Assembly: GCA_013265495.1 (NCBI GenBank) | Contig: MU061560.1 | Location: forward strand, 124,001 to 188,000 | Length of the DNA stretch: 64,000 nt | Direction: 5' to 3' | Origin: Vicugna vicugna | Taxonomy: Eukaryota | Shown: piece after piece, positions 25,001-38,297 of the stretch | Position numbering within the stretch: position 1 is the stretch's first letter | Layout: each line of letters opens with the position of its first letter | The notes under the pieces: model-generated | Seen by the model: the letters and a program-made list of their open reading frames with translations, nothing else | Told to the model about the DNA's origin: nothing | The model's database searches: none | Made by a program: the position numbers and the translations under genes

Positions 25001-26977
25001 TGGCTGACGATACGTGTTCATCGGCTGCTGTTCAGCAGGACAGTTGCCCTCAGGAAGGTGATGTGTCCTGCACTTACACTGACCAGGATCCTACAAGAAA
25101 CGAGATTCTCAGTGACAAGACACCCATCTTATACCTGCACGATCAGCTGTCAGAACTTTTGAAAGAGTTTCCCTACGGTATTGAACCTGTGAACTTGCAT
25201 GAAGGTTCTGTTGTCCAGCAAACGACAGACCAGATCTCAAAAGCTCAAGCTTGTGACAAAACCGGTTGTAACTCCAAAGACTCCACAGACCAAATCCAAA
25301 TTACGATATTGAACTTGGAGCAAATGAAAGAATTATTTCCTGAGCAGGACGACCAACTGACAGAACCTCAGGAAGAAAAGCCTGTCCCAAAAGACAGGAA
25401 GCAGTGTGACCCACAAGCACGTACAGTTGAAGAAAGTTGCGAGTCTGCAGCAGTGGATTCAGAAAAAGATGATGTGCGTTGTTGTGCACTGGGGTGGCTC
25501 TCTATGGTTTACGAAGGAGTTCCTCAGTGCCAGTGTAGTTCTAGTGAGAACCCAGCCTCCAAGGAAGAAGGGAAAGGGCCGTGTTCTCCCTTGGAGACCA
25601 GCAGTTACAAACAAGGACAGAGAACTGATAGATGTGACCCTGTTGCATTTAATAAGCCTCCGAGTAACAATCCAGAGACTCCTATGAATTTCCCAGTTGA
25701 GAAAAAGCATGTTCCTGAAACAGAGCAAGGCAAGAATGTAGAAGATAAATCCAAAGCAAAACCTAACAGCTCCCTAAGGACAGAACAAGAGTTGTCTGGT
25801 CCACTTCTATCCAAAGCTGATAAGAAACTAGATTCCTCCTTCCAGAGTCACAAAAGAAAAAAAAGACTGCAATTTCATGAGATAACGTTTCACTCCACGA
25901 GCAAAATTACAAAATTTTCTCAAGAGGGCCTGCAGAGGAAGCTCATGGCCCAAAGCCTACACCCGTTAAAGCCAAAGATGGGTTTTTTGACAAGTAAAAA
26001 TAAAGATCTGCATATGAAAAATGGCTCCCTGGTGCCATCAGTGTCCCCAGAAAAGAGAAAATTGAAAGCAGGTGGCTCCAAACAAAAAGTTTTGGAAAAA
26101 AGGAAGTTGGATGAAGGGAACGTACTTGACTCGGAGATGAAGAGGAAGAAATACGATAGACCCGAGCAGGGTAAACACGTGGGAGGCGGTTCCTTTAAAT
26201 TCTGTACTCTCTTCTCCACCCCCAGTGAAAGAGCCAGGATTAAAGAAAAGACGGTACCGAACGTTACGTCCCCAGGCTCCAAGGATAGCTCATCTAAAAT
26301 TCATAGAGTCCTGGCCCCGAAGGAGTATTTATCAAGGCAGAAGCTTATAGAAGCAGGGACTAGCAGCAAAGCATTAAAGAAGAATTACGCAAAAAACGCA
26401 ACGTGTGACTCCCAGTACGTGAGGCCCGGTAAGCTTTCTGTGCGAGCTGGAGGTTGTGAGAAATCAAACAGCAGCCTTCAGACCGCCAAAGAATCGTTTA
26501 ATATCTGTAGCAGCCATGGCAAAACCCTCAAAATCCATCATTCCAAGGAGTCTAAAACATACGTTTCAAGGAATAGTAAAGGAACGGTTGGTGGAAAACA
26601 ACCTGATAAAATGTGGATTGATAAAACCAAATTAGACAAGAATTTAAACAATGTAAATAGTGACGTTGAATTCAGCCAGATGTCCTCCCAGGCAAAGGAT
26701 CAAAGGAAACTGTATCTGAACAGAGTTGCATTTAAATGCACCGAACGTGAGCGCATTTGTCTCACAAAATTAGATAATTCACCCAGGAAGCTTAATAAAG
26801 AGAAGAAACCAGAAGGTAGACCTAAGAGCCTTGTACCTGTGAAAGATGCTGCGGAGAAACTGAGCATGCTGGAGTTTAAGTTATGTCCAGAAGGACTGTT
26901 CAGTAAGAATACAAACCCCGTTGAAGACCAAAAGGATCTGCAGCCTTGTCCTAGGAAGGAGCAAGCCCCTGTGCAAG
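22009..26977 (+). CDS. RESF1: RESF1 large coding exon (exon begins 21952, ATG 22009; 1656 codons + 1 nt)
   Basis: 1659-aa ORF beginning [18 protein letters not shown], with C-terminal [29 protein letters not shown] recognisable as RESF1/KIAA1551. Acceptor TTTCCTGCAG| at 21951; donor CAAG|GTCCAG at 26978. Confidence 0.95.
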
Positions 26978-28188
26978 GTCCAGTTTAATTTTTTTTGATG
27001 GTGTCTGCAACGTCGTAACACATTTTCATTGTAGGTCCTGCAAGCGGGGGAGCACCTCTCCTGCCATCTGAGTAGCTAGGACCAACTTGAATGCGCTTTG
27101 CTTTTCTTAGTATTCGGTTTTCTCAGTAAGTTGATGGTTCGTTGGGCAATGTTTTAAGTTTATTTCTCCCTTACTGTAAATGATACCAGAGTCATACTAG
27201 TGATAAGAGGGGTATCAAATTGTAAAGTCTGCCAAGTACAGAGATTTCCTTTTGTGCCAAGAGGTGAAAAACATTCTTCTAAGTTAGAAGAGCATTACAT
27301 ATACGTTGTTTCAAGTCTTGCTTTTGTCCGTTCTTTGGGCTTGCAATTTGAAAGCCCTCTGAATTTGAAATTTTGGTCTGAATAGTAGGAAATACGTAAG
27401 GATTGTTTTTATACGTATGGAAGTGGTCCAGCTCACTGTCATCTTTGAAGCAGGTGATGACTGTGCTGTCACTGAAGTGGTGATGTCTAGTCCACTCATG
27501 AAATACACGGTGGGAACACGGACGAAGCTGTACCGTTCCATGTTGTTACCACACCCAGAAGGGCAGTCATGACTTTTGGTTAGCCGGATGATAGACTCCT
27601 CAGTGTAGTGCAGGGTGGGAGGAGAGAGCAGAGAACTAATTATTTCTGGTAGTAAGGACACATTTAGGGTTTGTGGATATCATATATAAAACATTGTGTT
27701 GAGAAACCCAGACTGGGAAACTAAAGGATTTGGGTGGAAATCTTACCTTCAGGCACGTTTTCTTGGAAGGTGGTAGGATAGATGATTAAATAAGAGTATA
27801 AAGTTCATTTTGTAAGGTATTGGTGATGACACTTGGTTCTTCTAACTGGACCCTCCCTGAGGGGCTGGGTGTGATAGAAATGTTGGAAATGGGTGGACCA
27901 ACACGAGACACATTCTCTATCTTGTGTGCTCTTAAACACCTTGGGGCGAGTTGGTGTTCAGCCTGTCTGGGAGAAACATAATTGAATGGTGAAGATAAGC
28001 TTTTAAATTGTGAGATGCTCAGGCACTTCATATGGGAGAAAGCATTTTTCCAGGCCCTTTCTAGAGTTATCTGTGAATGTATCTAATGTCTTCTAAAATC
28101 TATTTTAGGCTTACATGATTTTCCTTCATTATAGTACTAAAATAGGTGATTAGCAGTATCTAGAGGTCTGAAATGAATATTTAAATAG

Positions 28189-28272
28189 TTTCAGGAATAA
28201 AAAGTACAAAAGAAGACTGGTTAAAATGTGTGACTGAGGAGAAAAGGATGCCAGAAGCCAACCAAGAAATAG
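28189..28272 (+). CDS. RESF1: RESF1 penultimate coding exon (84 nt, phase 1-1)
   Basis: AATAG|TTTCAGG...ATAG|GTAAAA; continues the frame as (V)[27 protein letters not shown], matching the recalled human [13 protein letters not shown]. Confidence 0.92.
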
Positions 28273-29699
28273 GTAAAATCATCTACGTTTTGATTTTATT
28301 TATTGGGTGCTCTGTCATATATAAGCTGAATGCTGATTAAGAAACTTTCATGAGATTTGATTTTTATCCATATTCTTTTAAAAAATAACTTGGTGTGTAT
28401 GTGTGAGTGGTAGGAAGACATTCTTCTGTTTTTTTCTGTCATGCTGTGGAGAGGGAAGCAGTGATGTTTCCTTTTAGCAAGAAAAGTAATTCTCATCACA
28501 GTACTTTTTCCTGTGTTGACTGTGGACAGTATATACTTGGTTTTGCAGATCAGAAGTTCCCTCCCGAATACTCAGTTCTGACACTGTAGTGAGAAAATGG
28601 CTGTAGAGGAATGAATGAATGAGTGTGGGCTATGTTCAAATTAAACTTTACCAGTACTTGAAAGAGGCTGGGTGTGGACTACAGGTCATACCCCTAGATG
28701 GGATGATAGGTAAGTTAATTCAATTCTCAAAACCAGGTGGACAGAGATGTTTCTGTTTATCAGTGAGAGGTTAGATCATTTGACTGGAGTTACATAGTCA
28801 GTGGCTGAACGGGGACTTGAATCCGGTCTTTCATTTTGATCGTGAAAGTCTGCTGCTCCTAATTGTTTATTTACTTATTTATTTGTTGGCTGGGGAGGGA
28901 TTTGGCCTGAGAGCCAACCAGAGCCTCCAGCATCTGATTTAATTAGTGGAATGAATATATTTTTGATTTAGAGTTTTGCATTGAGAATTAGAAGCTAGGG
29001 TTCAGGAGTTTTGTTTCAATTCTGGTTAAGTGAATGTACACAAAGACGAGTTTATATGGAGCCTCTTAGAAACAGAAAGAAGCAGAACTTCACCATGAGC
29101 AACAATAAAGCACATTTTAAACAAGAAGTGTGAAAAAGGATGAGGGAGAAGAGCTTAAAACAAATAAATGTACTTAAGCAGGCGTGTAGAATTGTCTTGC
29201 AGCCTGAAGATGCATGTAGGGGGAAAAGCTCAGCTGAATCAGAATCAAGAAGGAAGAAATGCGCTATTAATTAGAACAGGAAGACGACCAAAAGATGGGG
29301 AAATGAATTAGTGAGAGCAGAAAACGCTTCTAAAGTGGAACACAGGAAGTCAAAAATGAGAAAGGTGGAAATGGGTGTGCAGGATTGGGGCAAAATGGTC
29401 CTTGGAGGTGGGAGAGAGACATAAGCATTACCTCAGAGATAAAGAGGCATTACTGGGGTGTGAATCAGAAAATACTCAGAAGACAGACATCTGCGCAGAT
29501 TGCCGGGAGGCTCAGGGAGATGCGTGAGCTAAACGTCGGACATAAAGGCGGCTGCAAACAGGATGAGGAAATAGTCCGGGTGGGACGTCAGAATTCAGGA
29601 TCACAGTGAAAAAGGCACCAGCCAGGGCCCAGACACAGAGCGGCACCAGGGAGAGAGACCAGCCAAGAAACAAGGCGCGGAGCTCCGTCAGATGTCAGG

Positions 29700-29930
29700 A
29701 GTCTGAGGTTTGCAAATGTTAGCCACTATACATAAGAACAGATTTTAAAGCAATTTCTTGTGTATAGCACAGGGAACTATATCCAGTATCTTGCAAATAA
29801 CCTTAATGAAAAAGAATATGAAAACAAATCTGTGTACGCATGACCGGGACATGGTGCTGTGCACCAGAAACTGACACATTGTAACTGACTGTACTTCAAT
29901 TAAAACAAAAACAAAAACAAAAACAAAAAC
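29700..29930 (+). mobile_element. L1 3'-end fragment with (CAAAAA)n tail
   Basis: TATAGCACAGGGAACTATATCCAGTATCTTG...GTACTTCAATTAAAACAAAAACAAAA. Confidence 0.75.
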
Positions 29931-30886
29931 TAAGGAGACTCAGGGAAAGCGTGAAAGACAAAACATCCTGGACGGAGAGGCTGGAGACAGAACCAGCGTG
30001 GAGTGAGACAAAAACAGATGTCGCAAGCTCCCAACCAGCTGTGAGAAATGCATTTCAGATGAGTAGACCCTGCGTTTGGCAGAGGTTGGAGTGTAGATGG
30101 AGCAAGTTGTGGAACTGTCGGTCAGGGTGAGGGAGGAGAGGAAGGAACAGAAGACCCTGAGAAGCAACTTAGAGCCCGACCTCAGGCATCAGCATTACTG
30201 ACGCGGGAAGGAGAGCTAACGCGGACGCAGAAGACATTGAAACAGAATTAAGAGGACAGAGTACTTGGCCCACCCAGGCAGGAAGAGGTAAAACAAGACT
30301 TACCCAGAAAGGAGTGGCTTGAGCAGAAATGAAAAAGTGGGAATTTGTAATTGGAACAGCTTCTGAAATCAAGAGGCACATCCAGGAATGCACAGAAAGA
30401 GGAAAGTTGGCCAGGCCCTTGAGAACAAAGGGACAGCGAGGCTAACGGTAGCACCGCGGTGGCCTAAAGCAGGAAGGGACGGCTGTTTCTGAGCCTGATG
30501 CATAGCGAGCCCAGAGGACTTGCAGGCGGCCCTTTGCACTCACTCTTTGGAACTGGCTTTTTATATTGCTCGTTTAGATGGCTGTTAGGAAAGTCACCTT
30601 TATAATGGGCAAATGATAAGAGGTTTATTGGTCAAGGATAAAGGAGGGGCACAAGCAGCCCTGGGCAGGGAAGACGGGGGGAGGGTAGTAAAACGGGCCG
30701 CAGAGGAGAGGCAAGATGTCCTGTGCGCGTCATGCATAATTCTATAGGTAGAGAGCCATAGCTTGTCACATTGAGCTCTTGGCCCTAGTTTATCCAAGAC
30801 AAAAACACACTTTTCCTCTCAATTTAGACTGCTTGTATACTGGTCACCAACTCTAAGAATAATGGATAAAATTTTTGTTTCCTCAG

Positions 30887-31053
30887 ATGATAATGTTTTG
30901 GCTCATTCAAGACTCGCCAAGCGAAGCTTCAGTGCGGATAGATTTGAGACACTACAAAACCCAGTAAAAGACTCAAAAGCAATGTTTCAGACCTACAGAA
31001 AGATGTACATGGAGAAGCGAAGCAGGAGTCTTGGTAGCAGCCCGTTAGAGTAA
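30887..31053 (+). CDS. RESF1: RESF1 last coding exon to stop
   Basis: TTTGTTTCCTCAG| acceptor; (D)[54 protein letters not shown]. Total CDS 4969+84+167=5220 nt, 1739 aa. Confidence 0.93.
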
Positions 31054-31597
31054 TTCTGAGACTCAGTTCTTCGGATGGTTCCATAATTGCCACCAGAAAA
31101 TCTGTCACTTTAAGCTCAGAATGTTTTTCTGGAAATACACTTGCCATGATAAAATTTCTCAGAGATTTTGGTTACCACTTAGGCTATGCATATCATTGAA
31201 ATCACTTAATTGGCTTGAGAACCTTATTTGTGGGTAGCAGACGTAAGAAATAGACGGTGTTGGTCAAGGAAGCCATAAGGGATTGAATTTGGACGTTCTT
31301 AAACCAAGTTTACCATTATCTTGAAAGGCATTTTTATCTTATTTTGAAATGCTAACTAAAGGAGACCTGTTGTTCCTCAGTTAGGGACTTGTTTATTTCA
31401 GCTGGGACTGTAAATATATTTTTGTTTCTAAAACATGTTAGCAAAACTTATTTTTCAAAAATGCTGTGAATGTTGTCAAAGTATATTCTTAAGTACTTTG
31501 TACCAAATTGTAAACTTTTTGTCAGAGGTCTTGTTTTATACTTGTTAAACTGAACACAACTTTTGCATAATGTTTAAACATTACATTTCATACTTGA

Positions 31598-31603
31598 AAT
31601 AAA
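31598..31603 (+). terminator. RESF1: RESF1 polyadenylation signal AATAAA (3'UTR 31054 to ~31620)
   Basis: AATAAA at the end of an AU-rich UTR, followed by a GT/T-rich element (GGTTTGATTTGTGTTTG) at ~31634. Confidence 0.75.
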
Positions 31604-32299
31604 CATTTATTTTTTAAAAAATATATTTGAAATGGTTTGATTTGTGTTTGATTTCCTACCCTTGACAACAGGGCACATTTTAGAAAGCTGTTTTTAAAAG
31701 GAGAGCCATTAATTAAGCTGTCACAAGTAAGTATTTCCAGGGTGCATTCAGAAGAACAGCAATTTCACTAGGTTTAGGAAACTGCAAGAAAGTAAAGAAG
31801 GCAAAGTATAACTCTTCAGATGTCTCTGGGTTTTACTGTATGACTACTAGAAGTAGAAATTGTCTTGGTCTTAATGCTGCACACATAGTTCCTGTTCATT
31901 TAGAAACATCTCGGGGGTTAGGGAGAAACAGGGAGTTGTTCAATGAGTGTAGAGTTCGCGTTTTGCTCTTGTGACTATTCTCAACACTACTGAACCGTGT
32001 GCTTCTATCCATAAGATGGTAACTCTTAACGTGTATTTTATCACAGATTTAAAAAATACATTCTGAAGACTTCAGAAGATGGGGCTTTTCAAAATATTAA
32101 GCACCGTGTTTCCATGGGGAAAGCAGCTATGCTCACCCTGAGTATTTGATGGTTTAAATGAGAGGATTCGGTTAGAAAAACGGGATTCGGTAAAACTGGC
32201 GCCATAGCGCCACTCAGAGCAAAGCAATGGTTCCAAGCTTACTAGTGGTCGTTATATTGGTCATTGTGTTCCTTACTATGGGGGTTTCTCGATTTAACC

Positions 32300-33260
32300 C
32301 ATCTTTTAAATATCCTAAGCGATGGAATAGCAAGTTACTGAGGGAACTGCTGTGTGCATTGCAAAAGACTTTGAACCAGAGGGATGCAGAAGCAGTGGTG
32401 TGACCCTCAGTGAGAAGAAGCACATGTAATTGTTTGACTCATAAACTGAACTAGTCCTGCGGAACATCAGTTTTACTTGAATCACTGACACGTTTGTCTC
32501 AAACTACATCATCCTTATATTTCAAGGAGAAAAAGAATATTCATTGTCGATAAAATTTGAACTCTCCAAGAAAAATGAGGATTTTAGGAACTTCGTATTG
32601 GAGACCCTGAGTTTGACAGCATCCCACTGCCTGGACCTCTGATCGGCTCAGTGATAATATTAATGAATGTACTTCTGACGTGTCCTAAATGTTGATATTT
32701 GGAAGATCTGCATAATTTAGTGAGCCAATATTTCTGATGACCAGTGTAAAGTGATCAGAGATCCACTCATTTCAGGTAGACCAGTGGGTTTCAATAAAGC
32801 AGTGCAAAAATTTCCTTCTTTCAGCTTCTACATTGTGACTAATCTTTAGGAGACAACAGCTTGTCAACTGTTGGCATAGTATGGAAGAAGTAGAATGCAT
32901 GATTATCTGAAAAGGCTGTGAACACACTCTTTGGTCACATAAAAAGCTACGTCTGCAATGTGAGATCAAATTTTCTTGACATACTTGAAGACAACATAGC
33001 TCAAGAACAGAAGGCACAAGTAAATATGAGAATTCAGCTGTCCCCTATAAAGCCAGACATTAAAGAGATCTGCAAAAATGTAAAAATGCCAGACTTCTTT
33101 CAAGTTTTTGTTTTGATGATTATTTTTCATGAAAATGTAATTTATATAAACCGTGTAGTGGGTTTAATTTTAAGTGTGTACTCATTAAAATGTGTTCCAG
33201 TTTCTCATGGAACAAACTGTGATAAATATCTCTTGAGATTCCTCAGATTTTAAGATTGTT
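32300..33260. mobile_element. hAT-Charlie DNA transposon fragment
   Basis: GAGAATTCAGCTGTC..AAGCCAGACATTAAAGAGATCTGCAAAAATGTAAAA, shared with 37990-38070. Confidence 0.65.
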
Positions 33261-33602
33261 TAAAAAAAAAACCTCTCTTAGTTATAGTGGCAATTCAGGA
33301 ACAAGCACAATTAGATGGATATGTTCAGTCTTGCATCATTACCAAAAATTCAACATTTAACTTTCAAATACTTCCCTTAAGTCATACAAAGTTGCATGTG
33401 TGCACTTAACAAAGTTGAACTGGCTGCTGCTCTTCTTTATTTAATAATAACATTTTCATTTTAGGTGTGGCGTTTACATGTTAAGGCTAGAACCTTATCG
33501 GTATCAATGAATATTTTAGGGCATTCAATTTCAAAGATTAATTTCAGGAAAGAATGAGAGATGGCTGCATTGACTTAAGATTTGTTTAAAAAAAAAAGGA
33601 GG

Positions 33603-33730
33603 TGGGGAGGGTATAGCTAGCTCAGTGGCAGAATGCCTGCTTAGCATGCAGGAATTCCTGGGTTCAATACTGAGTACCTCCATTAAAATAAATAAGCCTA
33701 ATTTCCTCTCCCCCAAACAACAAGAAAAGA
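33603..33730 (+). mobile_element. Vic-1-like SINE
   Basis: GGGGAGGGTATAGCT..CAGTGG..CTTAGCATGC..GGTTCAAT. Confidence 0.85.
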
Positions 33731-34429
33731 ATTAGTAAAAAGAGAAGTTCAGCCTTTTGAGTGTTTGAGGCTCAGGGCAACAGTGTGTAGAATATTTCTT
33801 TGTGCATAATTTAGGGAAAGACAGAGCCTCAATGAAAGAGGACCAAAGAAGTTTTTTCAAAAAGAAGGGAATCGAAAATGGTAGGAACTGAGATACCACA
33901 GTGAAAGATCAAAGAAATTTAGTAGATGTACATCTGAAGACGTACAAAAGCAAGCAAGCAATAATAAATGAAGACTAATTTTGGGGGGGAAATAGTGAAA
34001 AATCTGAATGGTGCCGTCTTCTGGAGGGAGAGCCAAGAGGACGTGATGGTGGATTGCACAAGGGAGAAGAAGGCGGCATCTTACTCTGGACTGTGCCACT
34101 GAGTGTGGGGAGAGGCCTGCCTTGCCTGTGATTAGGGAGAAGACGTCTTGGGACTGGGGATTGATTGCCTTAAGCATGTGGCCATGTTCAGTGGGGCTTT
34201 ACAAGGGCCAACTCCTTTTCTTCTGGTCCTGGAGGCCAGGCTGGAAGGCAGAGCCTTGAACAAGTTGACCCACATCTCATAGTGGTTGAGTCCACCCAGC
34301 ATAGATTCTGGAGAGGAACTGAGTCTTGAACAGGGCATCAGCTTCCCAGGCAGAGCAGTTTTTTGTTTTTTGGTTTTTTTCATAGCTAGTATTTCAGGAT
34401 AAATTTTATTTTATTTTTTTAAGTTCTCA

Positions 34430-34540
34430 TGGTTGGGGGAGATAATTAGGTTTTCAAGATTTATTTTAATGGAGGTACTAAGGATTGAACCCAGGACCTC
34501 ATGCGTGCTAAGCACATGCTCTACCACTGTACCCTCCCGC
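34430..34540 (-). mobile_element. Vic-1-like SINE
   Basis: Reverse-strand copy of the same head and body. Confidence 0.8.
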
Positions 34541-35147
34541 TCAGGGTAAATTTTAATGAAATGATGTCTGAGGTTTAATAAAAGATCTTTATAATTTATC
34601 CTAACTTTTGCTTTGCCTAGTTAGAATGGACTTGCCTATGAGATAATAGAATTTTATTTTCCTTTAAATAGCAAGAAACCTAGACTCCTTGACCAGAATT
34701 TAAGTTGGAAGGGGCAGGGGAGGAAATTTAGCCTTTCCTTTTTTAAGTCCTTTCAGTTGCTTCCTTCCAGTCTTTTGTTCTCTGATCTCTCTGTAACTCC
34801 AAGTTGATAATTTGCTTGAGATTGCAGGCTGTTGTAATTGTGAGGACCCAGTGATCCGGGAACTACTGCTGTCAGCGTGGTGGCATTTTAGGTATGTTGT
34901 ATCCCATTGGTTACTGGGAGAGAATCTGCCTGCTCCCACTGCTTTGAACTACATCTCCAAAATGTGGCACCTACCTTGTGATATTGTAATTTCCTGGGGT
35001 CCAAACTTTATTTTAATTTCTTCTTCTTATTTTTTTGAGCTGTCTTACTGATTTTGCACAACTTTAAAATTTTTTGTGGATTTTTTGTGGGGGAGGGACT
35101 GTTATGTTTATTTATTAATTTTTTTTTAATAGAGGTGCTTGGGTGTT

Positions 35148-35695
35148 AACGTCTCCTACTATGATTGTGTTCCCACCAATTTCTCCCTTTATATTTGTTA
35201 GCATTTGCTTTTTGTATTTAGGTGCTCCTACATTGGGTGCATGTATGTTAATGAGTTGTAATATCTTCATCCTTTAATCATTATGTCGTGTCCTTCTTTA
35301 TCTTTCTGTATGGCCTTTGTTTTAAAGCCTATTTTGTCTGAAATCAATATTGCTACTCCTGCTTTCTTGTCATTTCCATTTGCATGGAATATCTTTTTCC
35401 ATCCTCTCACTCTCAATCTGTGTGTCCTTCTCCCTAAAGTGAGTCTCTTGTATGCAGCATATTATAGGTTCTTGTTTTATTATCCAGTCTGCCACTCTGT
35501 GTCTTTTGATTGGAGCATTTAGACCATTGACATTTACAGTAATTATTGATAAATGTGTGTTTATTGCCATTTTGAACTTAGTTTTGCAGTTGATTTGGTA
35601 TTTCCTCTTTGTTCCTTTCTTTTTCTTTTTGTGGTTTGATAACTTTCCTTTGTATTATCTTGGTTTCTTTTTAGTTTTTGTGACTCTGTTGTAAG
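35148..35695 (-). mobile_element. L1 fragment covering the start of ORF2 (endonuclease)
   Basis: MAINTHLSIITVNVNGLNAPIKRHRVADWI..ICCIQETHF is the L1 APE endonuclease N-terminus; frameshifted. Confidence 0.9.
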
Positions 35696-35842
35696 TTTTT
35701 CACATTGTACACCTTAAATGTGTACAATTTTTATGTCAATTATATCTCAATAAAGCTAGAAATCTTGTTATTTTTTAAAATATATTTTACAGGAAGATAA
35801 ATCCTCTAAGAATTCCATGTTCCTGTTTTAGATTTAAAACTT

Positions 35843-36110
35843 CTAGAAACAGACTCACAGATCAGAGAACAAATTGTTGGTTATCAGAGGGAAGAGGGGT
35901 GGGGGAAAGGGCAAAATAGGTGAAGGGGATCAAGAGGTACAAGCTAGTAGTTATAAAAAAGTTGCAAGGATGTAATGTACAGCACAGAACATAGTCAATG
36001 TTTTATAATAACTTTGTATGGCATGTAATCTATAAAAATACTGAATTACTATGTTATACTCCTGAAAGTGGTATAATATTTTAAGTCAACTATACTTCAA
36101 TAATAAATAA
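35843..36110 (+). mobile_element. L1 3'UTR end
   Basis: AGAAACAGACTCACAGA..GGTTATCAGAGGG...GTCAACTATACTTCAATAATAAAT. Confidence 0.75.
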
Positions 36111-36608
36111 TAAATAAAACAAAGGATTTTGCAGCCAGCAAGTCATCAGCCACTGCAGCACAAACACCCCCCCCCCACCATCAACTGTGCACCCTGAGGG
36201 GATTTAGGATGGAGAAAAACAAGATACTGGACCTAGATGTTAAGGTGCATATCAAAGGAATGATTTCGTTAAACCTAGACTCCTGCACCTTCCCAATATA
36301 GAAAAGTGCGAAATTCATTAACTTGAGATGTCTGGTTTTTCTTTAATAAGCAGTTATCTTTTGATGTACAGCTACCTTTGTTTTTTTTTTTTAGGGTTTT
36401 TTTGGTTTTGGTTTTGGTTTTGCAAAACTTCTTATACATCTTGACTCTTTCTTTACCTCTCCAAGACAGACCCTCAGAGCTATCTGACATATATATGTAT
36501 GTGACATATATATGATACCTGGCTGTATCATGGGCTTAAGTCCTCAATAATGCCCCAAATAAAACATAATTCTCAACTTTTAGGTTATGCATTTTCTTTC
36601 AGGTGATA
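36110..36608 (+). mobile_element. LTR related to those at 62-63 kb
   Basis: Shared motifs (GTCATCAGC..CTGAGGGGA..TCAAAGGAATGA..GAAAAG; CCCTCAGAGC..; TCTCAACTTTTAGG). Confidence 0.65.
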
Positions 36609-37199
36609 GATCCTAGAAAATATTTTGAGGAAAAAAAAGACTTTTCTTCTAAAGCCTGTTAATTAAAAAAAAGTATTAAATACAGTTTTGCAGACATTTA
36701 AATGCAAAAACTCCTTTCATAAATTAACACCATGGGGGAAAATGGCTTAATTGCTAAAGAAAAGGAAGCTTTGGGAAAGAGCAGTATAGGAATGTAGACA
36801 TTTTTGAGTAGCCTCCATGAATATGTCTTTTTTCTTCCTAATTAAAAAAAAAGTACCAAAATTACAAAGAATAACATAACACTCATTGGAGAAATATATT
36901 TAAAAACAAAATCTTCCCCCAACCCAATACACCTCTCCATAAAGGTAGCAGAAAAAGAAAGCAGTTTTTTTTTCAATGAGTAAGCATTAAACCGGAATGT
37001 GATGTGTACCCCAGTCCTAAGAGATTGCAAAGACAGAAAGAAATCTCACGCTTTTGTGTAGTCAGGCAGATACAGCCCTACACACACATGCTTTGAAGAT
37101 AAACTAGTCCTCAAGTAAGAGCATAATTTGTCACAGATAGTTCATCCTAAATTCACGTGGAAGTTGGAGGGGCCGTTTGTGTATGGTGTTTTTGTTTTT

Positions 37200-37315
37200 G
37201 TAGGGGCGTGGGTAATTAGGTTTGTTTATTTATTTTTTAATGGAGGTACTGAGGATTGAACCCAAGACCTGTGCGTGCTAAGCCTACGCTCTACCACTGA
37301 GCTATACCCCCTCCA
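37200..37315 (-). mobile_element. Vic-1-like SINE within an LTR-like sequence (~37000-37460)
   Basis: GGAGGTACTGAGGATTGAACCCAAGACC...TGAGCTATACCCC. Confidence 0.8.
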
Positions 37316-37789
37316 TTTGTGTTAATTGCCTCTTTATGAAGGGAAAATGGACTTATCTTTCCGAGAGGAGGAAGTTTTGCCATTTGGACCAAGGCACCCA
37401 CCCAAGTTAGGCTGTTTATCCTGCCACAGTAACTGGGAGATGGGGCACACCCCTAAGTCAGGTGAGATGGCTGGGCTTAAGGCGGATCCCCGCCGGCTGC
37501 TGGCGTGTCCCCCCGCCCGCTCCCCCCACGCCTCCGTGCTGCAGAAGCGGTGCGTGTGCAGCAGCAATAGATAGCAATAGGAGGAATGTGAGCAACAGAT
37601 GTTGGAGACTTGCCAGTTAGCAAGAGGGTGTTACTTGCGTATTAGGATGTGATGACCTGGCTCCCCAGGTTAGAGACACCGAAGGCCAAGACCAGAAAGA
37701 CCGGATGCCTCAACGTCCGGCTCCTACGGTGTAACAGCTCAAGGGAATGCGTGCTCTCTGCTTTCCTGACCTGTGTTTCCTTAAACTTC

Positions 37790-38297
37790 AGCAGTTCTTT
37801 CGCTGTAGCCCAGAGACCCTGCGGATCCCCCACATCCTTTCAGGGGTTCCGTGAGGTCAAAGCTTTTTTTTTTTTTTTCAAAATAATGCTATGCCATTAT
37901 TTTGCCTTTTTTCATTTTCATTCTCTCATGAATGTAAAATGAAGTTTTCCAGAGACTACATGGCATGTGGTATCATAACAGACTGAATCTATAGCAGATA
38001 CGAGAATCCAGCTGTCTTCTGCTTGGCCAAACATCAAAGAGATTTGCAAAAATGTAAAACAATGCCTCTGTTTCCAGAGAAAATTGTTTTGGGGGAGTTC
38101 ACTATTTTTCAATGTGTTTTTCGTGATTATTATTGCTATTTAAAAATGGATTCATATGGCTCTTTTAGTTCTTTGTTTCAACTTGTAATACAGTAAATAT
38201 TGATAAATATAAACTATGTAAATAAAAGTTCATTGGAGTCCTCAATAATATTTAAGAGCATAAATGTGTCCTGAGTCAAAAACGTTTGAGAACTGCT
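37790..38297. mobile_element. hAT-Charlie non-autonomous element
   Basis: CTTTCAGGGGTTCCGTGAGGTCAAA...GTTTGAGAACTGCT terminus. Confidence 0.7.

Noticed and set aside
22951..26282. Antisense and alternative-frame ORFs overlapping the large RESF1 exon
   Set aside because: Short, no recognisable homology, and expected as shadows of a long coding exon.
26978..26988. ORF-track stop at 26988 as the true RESF1 C-terminus
   Set aside because: A splice donor at 26978 and two in-frame downstream exons reproduce the recognised RESF1 C-terminus.
32198..32220. GGCGCCATAGCGCCACTC as a CTCF site
   Set aside because: Only the GTGGCGC half matches; too weak to call.
35370..35570. L1 ORF2 start as an active LINE
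   Set aside because: Only ~550 bp, frameshifted, with no RT domain or promoter.
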